A stretch of DNA of 64,000 bases from an uncultured cyanobacterium (GTDB lineage Bacteria; Cyanobacteriota; Cyanobacteriia; Cyanobacteriales; Nostocaceae). Shown here in pieces: positions 49,682 to 60,427 of the stretch; the stretch's first letter is position 1, and each line of letters begins with the position of its first letter. The position numbers were made by a program, and so were the translations under genes. The notes under the pieces were generated by a model, which was given only the letters and a program-made list of their open reading frames with translations, searched no databases and was not told the DNA's origin. Where the stretch lies: contig CAVUDP010000002.1 in the NCBI GenBank assembly GCA_963740315.1, positions 2,912,001 to 2,976,000 of the forward strand, given 5' to 3'.

Positions 49682-49876
49682 ACTTTTTTCACACTTTAGA
49701 TAGATATATTACCTCCCCCAGGAAAGAGTAAAAATTACCATTATTGCAGTGAAATAAGTTTATATTGAACGGTTGCGCTCATAGCGTTTTGATATAGCAA
49801 AAATTTATTCAGATCGTTGCTTGTAATATTCGCGGTCTGAATTTGAATTATTTCACATTGATAAGAGGAAGTTTGG

Positions 49877-51055
49877 ATGAAATTATCCAGAGAGGAAATA
49901 AAAACTTTAGTAGAACAGCCAAAAGATAATAGCGTTTCTATTTATATGCCCGTAGTTGCAGCGGGTGCTGAAGTTAGACAAAACCCAATTCGATTTAAGA
50001 ATTTAATTAAAGAAGCTCATACTCGTTTAATTGAAGCGGGTGTTGATGAAACCCAAGTAACACAGTTATTAGAAAAAGCTGACGAACTCGATCGACAAGA
50101 TTTTTGGCGAGAAATTGGAGAGCAAGGATTAGCTATTTTTATCTCTAAGAATGTATTCAATTACTATATTGTGCCTTTAGAGTTTGAAGAATTAGTAGTA
50201 GTTTCAGATGGCTTTCACGTTAAACCGTTGCTGCAAATCTTAAATAACAACGGACGTTTTTACGTTTTGGGTTTAAGTCAAAATAAAGTAAGAATGTTGG
50301 TAGGTACTCGTTACCGCTGCCAAGAAATTGATTTAACAGCTTTGGAAAATGTTCCTACAAGTTTGGATGAAGCGCTGCAATATGATGACTCAGAAAAGCA
50401 GTTACAAATGCACAGCACCGGAAGAGGCGGTTCGCAAAATGCCCAAACAGGGATTTTTCACGGGCAAGGTGTAGGTACCGATGATGCCGAACACAAAACT
50501 AATATTATGCGATTTTTCAAAGCTTTAGCAAAAGGCTTGGAAAAGAATATTTTGCATCATGACGAACAAGTGCCTTTAATATTAGCAGGGGTAGATTTTT
50601 TAATTCCCATGTACAAAGAGGCAAGTAGCTATCAGTATGTAATGGAAGATGCTGTTACGGGTAATCCAGAAACTCTCAGTCCCCAAGAATTGCATTCACA
50701 AGCTTTACCTATTGTCGAAAGTTATTGGAATAATTCGCACAAAAAAGTTGTAGATTTGTACAATGAACTATTAGGAAATAATAGCGGCAATGCTTCTAAT
50801 AGTCTTGAAGAAATAGTTCCTGCGGCATATTATCAAAAAATAGACACGCTATTAGTTGCTAAAGGCGAACATAAATGGGGCTTGTTCGATAAAGGTTCGC
50901 AAAAAGTACATATGCATCAACAAGAAGAAACCGGCGACGAAGATTTATTAGATTTAGCCGCAGCCCATACGTTAATTAATGGCGGTTCGGTATACGTAGT
51001 TGAACCAGAAAAGATACCTTCTAATAAGACTGTGGCAGCGATTTTTAGATATTAA
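49877..51055 (+). CDS. Bacterial archaeo-eukaryotic release factor-like (baeRF) protein
   Basis: VSIYMP, IRFKNL, FHVKPLL, PLILAG, C-terminal GG.VY...AAIFRY. Confidence 0.75.
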   Translation: MKLSREEIKTLVEQPKDNSVSIYMPVVAAGAEVRQNPIRFKNLIKEAHTRLIEAGVDETQVTQLLEKADELDRQDFWREIGEQGLAIFISKNVFNYYIVPLEFEELVVVSDGFHVKPLLQILNNNGRFYVLGLSQNKVRMLVGTRYRCQEIDLTALENVPTSLDEALQYDDSEKQLQMHSTGRGGSQNAQTGIFHGQGVGTDDAEHKTNIMRFFKALAKGLEKNILHHDEQVPLILAGVDFLIPMYKEASSYQYVMEDAVTGNPETLSPQELHSQALPIVESYWNNSHKKVVDLYNELLGNNSGNASNSLEEIVPAAYYQKIDTLLVAKGEHKWGLFDKGSQKVHMHQQEETGDEDLLDLAAAHTLINGGSVYVVEPEKIPSNKTVAAIFRY

Positions 51056-51250
51056 AGACAGTGAGCAGTGAGCAGTTATCAAGTTCACCTTTGTTGTTTA
51101 TGTGTTCGTAGTGGCGCTGTACTAGCTTCTTATCTGAAGCGCAACTACGAACCTTTTTTGAACTATTTATCCACATTCTAGAGAAATCAATGCTTGGCTT
51201 GTTTTGTCTAACTGTTCACTGTTCACTGTTCACTGTTCACTGCTCGCAGA

Positions 51251-53641
51251 TTACCGCAAATGATGACGCGCTGCTTCTAAAAGTAAACCTTGTTCGGCAC
51301 GGTAAATTGCCTGATATGTCCGCTGTAGTGCTTCTGGTTCAACGGATATAGAAGTAATTCCCCATTCCACCAGTTTTTTGATGATTTCGGGATACAATGC
51401 TGGTGCTTGTCCGCATATAGAACAAGGAATACCCGCTTGTTTCGCCATTTCAATTAGTCGGGATATGGCAGCCATTACTACCGGATGTCGTTCGTCAAAG
51501 CTTTTTGCTAAGATTGCTCGATCCCTATCCACTCCTAATAATAGTTGGGTTAGGTCATTAGTACCGATAGAAATTCCCTGCACTCCTGCTTTTACATATT
51601 CTGGCAGCAAAAATAGTACGCTTGGCACTTCTGCCATAATCCATAGTTCAAAATCTTTGATGTCGGTTAATCCTGCTTGTTCAACTTTTTGACGACAAAA
51701 AGCAAATTCTTCGACGGTGCGAACGAAGGGTAATATTAAACGAATATTATGATAGCCTGCTTGCTGTACTTTTTTAAGTGCTGTGAGTTCCATCTCAAAC
51801 ACTTCCGAATTCACCATGTAGCTAAAAGTACCGCGCTGACCTAATGCTGTTTGCGATTCGGCGGCTTCTAATCCATCATGCTTAAAGCTTGGTAATTCGT
51901 GGGTTCGCCAATCTAAGGAACGATAATAAACTGGTTTTGGAGAAAAATTACGCACGAATTCTAGTATTCTTTTTGTCCATAAATCCAGTAATTGTTCGTG
52001 CCTTCCATCTCTAATCCATGTATAAGGATTTTCCCGATTAAGTATGCTTAATACCATCAATTCCGATCGCAATAATCCCACACCATCCACCGGCATCGAA
52101 AGCGCTTTATCGATCGCCGCAGGCTGACTCAAATTCACCAGCAGTTGCGTGGTAGTCATGGGTAGATTTGCGGTTGCATGAGAAGCGGTAGGAGGAACCC
52201 ATGTTGCACTCGCAGTTAATGCTGTGGAGAAATTAGAATCCATAGCATCCGGCTCGCCTTGATAATTTTCTTCTACGATCGCATTATCAATATGCTCTTC
52301 ACCTGTATTAGAAGCAAGACGATGTACTTCCCCATTATCACCATCAATTAATAGGCGATCGCCATTTTGAAAAAGTTTTGTAGCGTTATCAACGCCGACT
52401 ACTGCCGGAATCCCTAATTCTCTGGCAATAATTGCAGCATGACTGGTTAAACTTCCTTGTTCTGTAATAATACCGCCTACTTGTTGCAGCACTGGCAACC
52501 AATCAGGAGTCAAAGAGGATGCTACTAAAATTGTCCCTAATGGTAGTTGTTCTATTATCTGTTGATTCTTAATTACAATCGCATTTGCCGATACTTTTCC
52601 TGTTGCTGCACCGATTCCTTTAATAGATGAATTATTAGAGAAAGTATGATTCGTTTTAACTGTTGTCAGGTAAAGCTTAATTGAATCTGTTTCTTGGATA
52701 AAAGCCCAATTTACCAAGCAGTCTTTACCTTGAGAAAGCTGATGCCCTAACTCTGTTATTTGTTGCAAATACTGTGGCGATAATACGTGTTGTTGCTGTT
52801 GTGCTGACTCTAAAAGATATTTTTGCAAACAAGTTTTTTCTAAAGTAAGTACTGATGTTTGCCCATGTTGCCCAGAAGCTCGATCGATTGCTGCGTCACA
52901 ACCATAAGCCAAAATTTTATTACCCAAATGCTGTTCTAATAGTGTGCCAGTTTTTGGTTCTATATAATAAACATCTGGCTGTATTTCACCCCAATCAATT
53001 GCTACTCCCAATCCCCAAGTTGCTTCAATTTCCCATCTAGAGGAATTAACGTTCAATAAACCGCTCGCAACAACATTGTTAACTGGTTGCACCAAAACGG
53101 CTAAATTTATCTCACGTAAGTCAATTCCTATTTTCTGCCAATAAAGCAAACTTCTTGCACTAAATAATTGACTCCAAATTCGTTTTAAAGAAGTGGCTAT
53201 TTCTTTCTCTTCGTTATAGCAAAATACGGATTCATACAGCCCGGAAATATTTCCCATTTTATGCTTCAATGATGGGACTGCAATACTTGGACGAAAAATC
53301 AAGTATGGACTTTCCCATGCAATTAGAGCTTGGTAGATTTTATCTTGGAAGCTATCGGGTAAACTTGAACTGATAATTTCTTGACGCAAGTGTATGGCTA
53401 CTTGCTGTAACACTCGCCAATTATCAACATCCAGATGCAAGGCAGAATCAGCTAATTCTGCAACTAGCGTTTGAGCAACACTTTCGTTTTCGAGATATTC
53501 ATCTAAAATTTCTGCTGTAATTACAAATCCAGGCATAACTGGATATCCCTGTTGCATCATCATGCCCAAGTTAAAGGCTTTATCGCCAACAAGAGTACGG
53601 TGTGATGGTTTTATCTCATTTAGCCAGTAGAGTTTATCCAC
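51251..53641 (-). CDS. PEP synthase-like (PEP-utilising) protein
   Basis: VGDKA.NLG, GSLTSHAAIIARELGIPAVVG, MAEVPS, SIGTNDLTQ, SICGQAP. Confidence 0.85.
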   Translation of the reverse strand: MDKLYWLNEIKPSHRTLVGDKAFNLGMMMQQGYPVMPGFVITAEILDEYLENESVAQTLVAELADSALHLDVDNWRVLQQVAIHLRQEIISSSLPDSFQDKIYQALIAWESPYLIFRPSIAVPSLKHKMGNISGLYESVFCYNEEKEIATSLKRIWSQLFSARSLLYWQKIGIDLREINLAVLVQPVNNVVASGLLNVNSSRWEIEATWGLGVAIDWGEIQPDVYYIEPKTGTLLEQHLGNKILAYGCDAAIDRASGQHGQTSVLTLEKTCLQKYLLESAQQQQHVLSPQYLQQITELGHQLSQGKDCLVNWAFIQETDSIKLYLTTVKTNHTFSNNSSIKGIGAATGKVSANAIVIKNQQIIEQLPLGTILVASSLTPDWLPVLQQVGGIITEQGSLTSHAAIIARELGIPAVVGVDNATKLFQNGDRLLIDGDNGEVHRLASNTGEEHIDNAIVEENYQGEPDAMDSNFSTALTASATWVPPTASHATANLPMTTTQLLVNLSQPAAIDKALSMPVDGVGLLRSELMVLSILNRENPYTWIRDGRHEQLLDLWTKRILEFVRNFSPKPVYYRSLDWRTHELPSFKHDGLEAAESQTALGQRGTFSYMVNSEVFEMELTALKKVQQAGYHNIRLILPFVRTVEEFAFCRQKVEQAGLTDIKDFELWIMAEVPSVLFLLPEYVKAGVQGISIGTNDLTQLLLGVDRDRAILAKSFDERHPVVMAAISRLIEMAKQAGIPCSICGQAPALYPEIIKKLVEWGITSISVEPEALQRTYQAIYRAEQGLLLEAARHHLR

Positions 53642-54319
53642 TCAAATAATTCTTATTCCTAAGACGGGCTACTTTTATCGTTTGAAAACCTAGTTTTTGA
53701 TTAGTAGTAGTGGTGCTTTTGTGGTTTGGTCCTCCTAGTAATTGCTAATACTATATAATCCGATATTATTACTATTAACTTTCATTTAACTCAGACAAGA
53801 TTTTAATTGAATAATTTAAGACTTGCAAATTAAATCTATACAGAAAGTTTCTAAAAATTATATAAATTATTTTTTATTCCGCATCTATCTATAGAAGTAT
53901 TGTACAGCTAGATTATATTTTAAATTCTTGTATCAACAATAAACTAGTCTTCGCGGATATGATATTTCTAAAATCCGAGATCAATATTTAACTTAGAACT
54001 GGAAAACCAATGTGCTGCTAATTTTCCAGGTGTATTTTTTATTTAAATATAAGCTTATGGGTTTTACAATTATATCACGGCAGATGAAGGGCGATCGGTC
54101 TTCTCATCTTAACCTTTACCAATTGTTTCTATACAAAATCTTGATGAGTCGGTTAATTTTATTCAAGTACTTACACAATTTTTTTCTAACTAAGTATATA
54201 ACTATCGATCGCAGATCGCATTCTTTCTATATTTACTATTTAGTTATATAGCAGTTCTTTATTCTCTGCTTTCTATTCCTTATTGAAACAAAATGTTTAT
54301 TGCACAAGTACTTATAAAA

Positions 54320-55453
54320 TTAAAATACAGTAGCTTCAGTTGATAATTTTCCTCCATTAACAGTAAGAATTTGCGAGGAATTTAACCATTGAGAATCGAA
54401 AGAACCCAAATGAGTAGTAGTAATCAAGGTTTGAAATCTATCTTGAATCGCATCAAGTAATTGATTTTGACGAGAAGGATCTAATTCAGCCAAAACATCA
54501 TCTAGCAAAAGTAGCGGTGGTTCCCCAACAACTTCTTCAATTAGCTGTAATTCTGCTAACTTCAACGCCAAAACCAAAGTTCGTTGCTGACCTTGCGAAC
54601 CATACTGACGTGCAGGAGTATAATTAATTGTTAATTCTATTTCGTCTCGATGGGGACCTACGAGAGTAGTACCTTGATGAATTTCAGCAACAGTTCGCTG
54701 TTTAATCTTCTCTAAAAAAGCTTGCTGAACTTGTTCGGGATGATTTTCTGATAAAGGTACATTCGGCGCATATTCTATCTGGAGATGCTCGGTAGAACCG
54801 CTGATATTAGAGTGCCATAATTTTGCGATCGGAGCGAGTCGCTGTATCGCACGTTCCCGTCGTCGAATTACCCTCGTCCCAGTAGTAACTAACTGAGTAT
54901 CCCATAGAGCTAATTGGGATTGTAAAGATTTTTCCTGTAAATTCTCTAAGTTGCTTTTCAAAAAAGCATTACGCTGTCGTAACACCTTTTGATATTGCTG
55001 TAAAATGTGAGCGTATACAGGTTCAAGTTGAATTAATAAAGTATCCAGCCATCTGCGGCGACCTTCAGGACCACCCCGCACTAAATCTAAATCCAGAGAT
55101 GAAAACTCTACCGCATTTAAAACGCCAAGAAAATCCATCTGACGGCGGAGATTTTCGCTATTAAGATTAACAGTGCGGCGACCGTTACGACGTAAAGTTA
55201 AAATAAGTTGGCTTACTCCAGCTTCTCGCTTTAAGCTAGCACCAACCTGGGCTAAAGATTCCTCATCCCTGACTAAATCCTTATCGCGGGAAGTACGATG
55301 ACTTTTTAATGTTGCAAGTAGCTCCACAGCTTCAAGTAAATTAGATTTTCCCTGAGCATTATTACCGACCAAAATCGTCTTTGGAGCATTAAACTCGACG
55401 AAAATATCTTTATAATTGCGAAAATTTCGGAGACTCAGGGTTTTGAGGAACAT
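54320..55453 (-). CDS. recF: DNA replication/repair protein RecF
   Basis: FRNY, GNNAQGKSNLLEA, GPHRD, GSQGQQR, LLLDDVLAELD. Confidence 0.98.
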   Translation of the reverse strand: MFLKTLSLRNFRNYKDIFVEFNAPKTILVGNNAQGKSNLLEAVELLATLKSHRTSRDKDLVRDEESLAQVGASLKREAGVSQLILTLRRNGRRTVNLNSENLRRQMDFLGVLNAVEFSSLDLDLVRGGPEGRRRWLDTLLIQLEPVYAHILQQYQKVLRQRNAFLKSNLENLQEKSLQSQLALWDTQLVTTGTRVIRRRERAIQRLAPIAKLWHSNISGSTEHLQIEYAPNVPLSENHPEQVQQAFLEKIKQRTVAEIHQGTTLVGPHRDEIELTINYTPARQYGSQGQQRTLVLALKLAELQLIEEVVGEPPLLLLDDVLAELDPSRQNQLLDAIQDRFQTLITTTHLGSFDSQWLNSSQILTVNGGKLSTEATVF

Positions 55454-55458
55454 GAGAG

Positions 55459-55765
55459 AGTTAGTGGTTAGTTGTTAGTTGTTAGTGGTTAGTGGTTAGT
55501 GGTTAGTTGTTAGTTGTTAGTGGTTAGTGGTTAGTTGTTAGTGGTTGAGAATTATGAGTTAAGAGTTGTTATATAACTTTAATAGATTTTAGAATATTTA
55601 GCAGGTAAGTTTTAAGGCTTTCATAATGCGTCAGAATTTTTAATCTTTAAGCTTATTCACAATTAGCTTTATAGCATTACGCTCCGCTACAACAAACCCT
55701 CGATCGACAAATCCTATCAACTATCAACTATCAACTAACCACTATCAACTATCAACTATCAACTG
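55459..55765. repeat. Inverted pair of heptamer arrays (GTGGTTA/GTTGTTA ... CAACTAT) around a ~165-bp spacer
   Basis: Arrays at about 55459-55547 and 55714-55765. Confidence 0.85.
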
Positions 55766-58630
55766 TTAAACGTTTTTCTTCCCAATTGCTTTAAAGAAAA
55801 GTTTTTCCAACTCAACCCAAACAAACATTAAAGCACTAAAGCCCAAACAGATTCCTAATTCAGGCAAACTGATAAAGTGCGTACCGAAGAAAGCTCGTAG
55901 GGGTGGAACGTATACTAACATTAACTGCAAAATGGTAGTTAAAACAACAGCCGCGAGTAAGTAGGGATTTGAAAAAGGATTTATTTGTATAGTTAGTTGG
56001 TTGTTGGAACGAATTGCGATCGCGTGTCCCATTTGAGCAATACATAAGGTAGTAAATACCATTGTTTTCCAACGTTCGGGATCGAGTCCGTTTGCACTTC
56101 CGGCTCCTCCATGAGTATGGTAGTAAGCCCAGTTCATCAAAATAATCGTAATAATTGCAAATATTATACCGATGCGAATCATATACCAACCTAAACCCCT
56201 AGCAAAAATACTTTCTTTGGGGCTAAAAGGTGGACGCTTCATGACATCGGGTTCGGGAGGTTCTACTGCTAATGCTAAAGCTGGTAAACCGTCAGTTACT
56301 AAATTCATCCACAAAATTTGTAGCGGTGTTAAGGGGACACCTCCCATCGGTAATAAAATCGGTGCGGCGGCAATGGTAATAACTTCACCGATGTTACTAC
56401 CAAGAATATATTTGATAAAGCGGCGAATATTTGTATATACCACCCTACCTTCTTTAGTGGCAGCAACGATGGTGGCGAAGTTGTCATCTAATAACACCAT
56501 ATCGCTGGCTTCTTTACTAACATCAGTACCAGTAATTCCCATCGCAATCCCGATATCGGCTTGCTTGAGGGCTGGTGCATCGTTAACACCGTCGCCAGTC
56601 ATAGCAACAAATTTATCGCGACGCTGCAAAGCTTGGACGATGCGTAATTTATGTTCTGGGGAAACTCTAGCGTAGATGCTGACATTATCAACATTTTGCT
56701 CTAACTCAGCATCGCTCATCCGCTGCAATTCTTGACCTATCAATACTCTATCGTCAGAATTTGCAATACCTAAATCTGTGGCGATCGCTTTTGCTGTTAA
56801 TTGATGATCTCCGGTAATCATCACCGGACGAATTCCCGCTTCCCGACATTCTTTTACAGATGCTCTTACTTCCGGACGTGGAGCGTCGAGCATTCCTACC
56901 AATCCCAACCATACCAGTTGTTGTTCGTATTTTTCTTCCGAATTTTCTGGTGGTTTTTCCGCTAAAGGTTTGTAAGCGAAACCTAGAACCCGCAAACCTT
57001 CACCAGCCATACGCTCGTTTGCTGCTAAAACTTTCTCTCGTTGTTGTTGAGTCAGTTCAACCGCACTATTTCCCGCAAAAATCTGGGTACAGCGTTGCAA
57101 AATTAATTCTGGCGAACCTTTGGTAAACATCAAATAATTTTCATTATTTCTGAGGAGATTGCTAATTGCAGGATCGACATCGCCAAAAGTTGAAACACCA
57201 GTATCGATCTGTTCCACCTGACAAATTACGCTCATCCGCTTGCGTTCGGAAGAAAAAGGAAATTCACCAACGCGGGGTAATTTACTATTCCACTGGTCTT
57301 GTTCGATTCCCGCTTTTCCTGCTAATGTTACCAAAGCGCCTTCTGTAGGATCGCCGAGAATTATCCAATCACCTTTTTCCTGTTGCAAAACCGCATCATT
57401 ACAAACAGCACAAGGAACTAATAAAGGTGGAATTTCCGGATAATCTTCTACATCAATACGAGTACCATCAACCTCAAAATCACCTTGAGGAACGTAACCA
57501 TTCCCCGTCACTCGTAATAAATGCTGGCTGGTATAAACCGATTGCACCACCATTTTATTCTGAGTCAATGTACCAGTTTTATCAGAACAAATAGTTGTAA
57601 CAGAACCCAAAGTTTCCACCGCCGGTAACTTACGAATCAAAGCATTGTGACGTACCATTCGCTGAGTTCCCAAAGCCAAAGTCACCGTAATTACAGCCGG
57701 TAAACCTTCTGGAACCACCGCCACAGCCATACTTAGAGAAACTTTCACCAACTCTAGTAAATTCCCGCCACGCAGCAAACCGATAATAATTACCAGCGCC
57801 ACTAAAGCCAAAGAACCCCAAACCAACACGTTACCGAGTTGAGTCATGCGCTGCTGTAACGGAGTATCTTCTGTTTCCACCGCTTGCAACATCTCAGCAA
57901 TTTTACCCAACTCAGTTTTCATCCCGGTACGAGTTACCAAAACCTTGGCACGCCCTTGAACAACCTCAGTACCTTGGAAAACCAAATTAATTCTGTCACC
58001 CAAACTTGTTTCTTCAGGTAAATCAATTTCTACCCGTTTATTAACAGCTTCCGCTTCTCCCGTTAGAGCCGATTCTCGTATTTGTAAATTAGATTGTTCA
58101 ATTAAACGTCCGTCAGCTGCCACCTGTACCCCGGCTTCCAGCAGCATGATATCTCCCGGTACCAAATTCTTCCCTTCCACATCGAGTAACCTACCGTTGC
58201 GAATCACCCGCACGCTAGGAGAAGAAAGTTTTTTCAATGCAGCCAAAGCTTTTTCAGCGCGGCTTTCTTGGAGATAGCCCAGAATACCGTTAAGCACAAC
58301 GATCGCCAAAATTGCGATCGTATCTTTAAAAGGAACTTCACCCGGTTCTAAATTACCCGATTGTAGAGCCAGTAAATCCAAAACACCCGAAATAATTGCC
58401 ACAGCAATCAGCATCAATAACATAATGTTCTTGAACTGATCCACCAGAATTTCCCAATTACCTCGTCCGCTGGATTCAACTAAAACATTCGTACCATATT
58501 TTTGCAGTCGAGAATCTACTTCTTGGGATGTTAAGCCAGTGTCTGCATTACCAGAAAGCAGTTCTATTGCTTCATCGACTTCTAAGCTATGCCAAACGGC
58601 TTCTTGTTCGGGCAGAGAATGGGCAGACAT
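55766..58630 (-). CDS. Cation-translocating P-type ATPase (type IIA, Ca2+/PacL-like)
   Basis: [38 protein letters not shown]. Confidence 0.95.
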   Translation of the reverse strand: MSAHSLPEQEAVWHSLEVDEAIELLSGNADTGLTSQEVDSRLQKYGTNVLVESSGRGNWEILVDQFKNIMLLMLIAVAIISGVLDLLALQSGNLEPGEVPFKDTIAILAIVVLNGILGYLQESRAEKALAALKKLSSPSVRVIRNGRLLDVEGKNLVPGDIMLLEAGVQVAADGRLIEQSNLQIRESALTGEAEAVNKRVEIDLPEETSLGDRINLVFQGTEVVQGRAKVLVTRTGMKTELGKIAEMLQAVETEDTPLQQRMTQLGNVLVWGSLALVALVIIIGLLRGGNLLELVKVSLSMAVAVVPEGLPAVITVTLALGTQRMVRHNALIRKLPAVETLGSVTTICSDKTGTLTQNKMVVQSVYTSQHLLRVTGNGYVPQGDFEVDGTRIDVEDYPEIPPLLVPCAVCNDAVLQQEKGDWIILGDPTEGALVTLAGKAGIEQDQWNSKLPRVGEFPFSSERKRMSVICQVEQIDTGVSTFGDVDPAISNLLRNNENYLMFTKGSPELILQRCTQIFAGNSAVELTQQQREKVLAANERMAGEGLRVLGFAYKPLAEKPPENSEEKYEQQLVWLGLVGMLDAPRPEVRASVKECREAGIRPVMITGDHQLTAKAIATDLGIANSDDRVLIGQELQRMSDAELEQNVDNVSIYARVSPEHKLRIVQALQRRDKFVAMTGDGVNDAPALKQADIGIAMGITGTDVSKEASDMVLLDDNFATIVAATKEGRVVYTNIRRFIKYILGSNIGEVITIAAAPILLPMGGVPLTPLQILWMNLVTDGLPALALAVEPPEPDVMKRPPFSPKESIFARGLGWYMIRIGIIFAIITIILMNWAYYHTHGGAGSANGLDPERWKTMVFTTLCIAQMGHAIAIRSNNQLTIQINPFSNPYLLAAVVLTTILQLMLVYVPPLRAFFGTHFISLPELGICLGFSALMFVWVELEKLFFKAIGKKNV

Positions 58631-58761
58631 CTTGTAGGTTAAAGGAAGTGGTTACAAGAAACAATCATAGCTAAAGCGTTGATGAGATAACCATTCAATT
58701 TGACAGTTAGCAGTGAACAGTGAACAGTGAACAGTTAGCAGTTAGCAGTTAGTTTCAATCG

Positions 58762-58839
58762 GCGTTGTAGCGATCGCATCTTGCTCGCTATATCTCTCAA
58801 GCTCCATCAGCGTTGTAGCGATCGCATCTTGCTCGCTAT
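58762..58839. repeat. Two direct copies of the HIP1-containing repeat GCGTTGTAGCGATCGCATCTTGCTCGCTATA between inverted CAGTTAG/CTGCTCA arrays
   Basis: Seen directly; relatives at 3908-3931 and 30384-30466. Confidence 0.8.
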
Positions 58840-58980
58840 AACGTAATCTTCTACCAGAACGGATTAACTGCTCACTGTTAACTGCTAACTGCTCACTGAT
58901 TACCATCCCTCAGACTGAAGACTTAAAACTAATTTTTGTGCCAGATGTTAAGTAGATGACAATTGCAGCAAACTTAAATT

Positions 58981-60099
58981 ATGGCACCTCAAACAGAAGA
59001 CTTTACCATCGGAGTAGAAGAAGAATATCAAATTATTGACCCCGAAACGCGCTCCCTTGCTTCGCGGGTACAGCAAATTTTGCCTTTTGCGAAGAAAACA
59101 ATCGGTGAAAAGGTGCATCCTGAAGTTCAGCTTTCACAAATTGAAATAGATACTCCTGTTTGTCAAACTCTTACTGATGTGCGTAGGGAATTGGTGCGAT
59201 TGCGGAAGGGAGTAATTGATGCTGCTGCCAAAGATGGCGATCGAATAGCTTCTTCGGGAACCCATCCGTTTTCATCATGGAAGGAACAAGATGTCACGCC
59301 CAAACAACGTTATCAAAATTTGATAGAAGAATATCAACAGTTAGGAAAAGAACAAGTTATTTTTGGCTGTCACGTTCATGTGGGAATTCGCGATCGCAAT
59401 TTAGCCGTTCAAGTAATGAATCGAGCGCGAGTTTGGCTGGCTCCGATGTTGGCGCTAACTGCTTCTTCTCCTTTTTGGATGGGTACGGATACGGGATACG
59501 CTAGCTATCGTACCGAAGTTTGGGGTAGATGGCCCATATCGGGACCGCCGTTAATTTTTGAGTCGGAAGCTGAGTATAAAAAAGTTGTAGAATCTTTAGT
59601 CAAAAGTAAAAGTGTACAAGAAGAAACCAAGATTTACTGGGATGCGCGGCTTTGTGTCAAGTATCCTACGGTGGAGTTTCGCATGGCTGATGTTTGTATG
59701 ACCGTGGATGAAGCGGTAATGTTAGCTGGATTAACCCGTGCTTTAGCTCATACTTGTCATGAAAAAGCAAAAAACGATGAATCCTACCCAAAAGCCCGTC
59801 ACGAACTGATCCGCGCCGCTCACTGGCGGGCTGCACGCTACGGTTTAGATGCAGATTTGTTAGATGTAGAGGAACAAAACGCCATACCCGCAAAAGAACT
59901 TATTGAAAAATTTCTAACCTTTGTGCGTCCATCATTGGAAGAATACAGCGACTGGGATGAAGTGTCTGCGATCGTCAAAGAAATAATCAACAAGGGAACG
60001 GCTGCATCACGTCAGCGCGAAATTTACAACCGTGCGGGCAAATTAGAAGATGTAGTTGATTATATAGTTGAGGAAACACAGAAGGGAATTGGTAATTGA
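58981..60099 (+). CDS. Carboxylate-amine ligase / glutamate-cysteine ligase (YbdK family)
   Basis: TIGVEEEY, GTHPF, FGCHVHVG, SSPFW, YWDAR, VEFR..D. Confidence 0.93.
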   Translation: MAPQTEDFTIGVEEEYQIIDPETRSLASRVQQILPFAKKTIGEKVHPEVQLSQIEIDTPVCQTLTDVRRELVRLRKGVIDAAAKDGDRIASSGTHPFSSWKEQDVTPKQRYQNLIEEYQQLGKEQVIFGCHVHVGIRDRNLAVQVMNRARVWLAPMLALTASSPFWMGTDTGYASYRTEVWGRWPISGPPLIFESEAEYKKVVESLVKSKSVQEETKIYWDARLCVKYPTVEFRMADVCMTVDEAVMLAGLTRALAHTCHEKAKNDESYPKARHELIRAAHWRAARYGLDADLLDVEEQNAIPAKELIEKFLTFVRPSLEEYSDWDEVSAIVKEIINKGTAASRQREIYNRAGKLEDVVDYIVEETQKGIGN

Positions 60100-60427
60100 G
60101 CATTGGTAATTGGGCTACCTCCCACCTCCGGTGAATGGGCATTGGGCATTGAGCATTGGTAATTGGTATACGCCCGCACGCTCCGCGTGAATGGTAATTG
60201 GGCATTGGGAATGGGTAATTGGGCATTGGGCATTGGGCATAAAAATTTTTCTACCCCCTCTACCCCCTCTACCCCCTCTACCCCCTCTCTCCCCCTCTCC
60301 CCATCTCCCCATCTCCCCATCTCCTCATCTCCCCATCTCCCCCATCCCCCCATCTCCCCCTTGTCAAATAATAAATATCGCAATTAATGCGGGTGCGTAC
60401 AAAACTTTGGAACGAATAAGCTTTAAT

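Noticed and set aside
60191..60427. Pro-rich N-terminal extension of the transglutaminase ORF
   Set aside because: Translated STRR DNA; the plausible start is ATG 60428.
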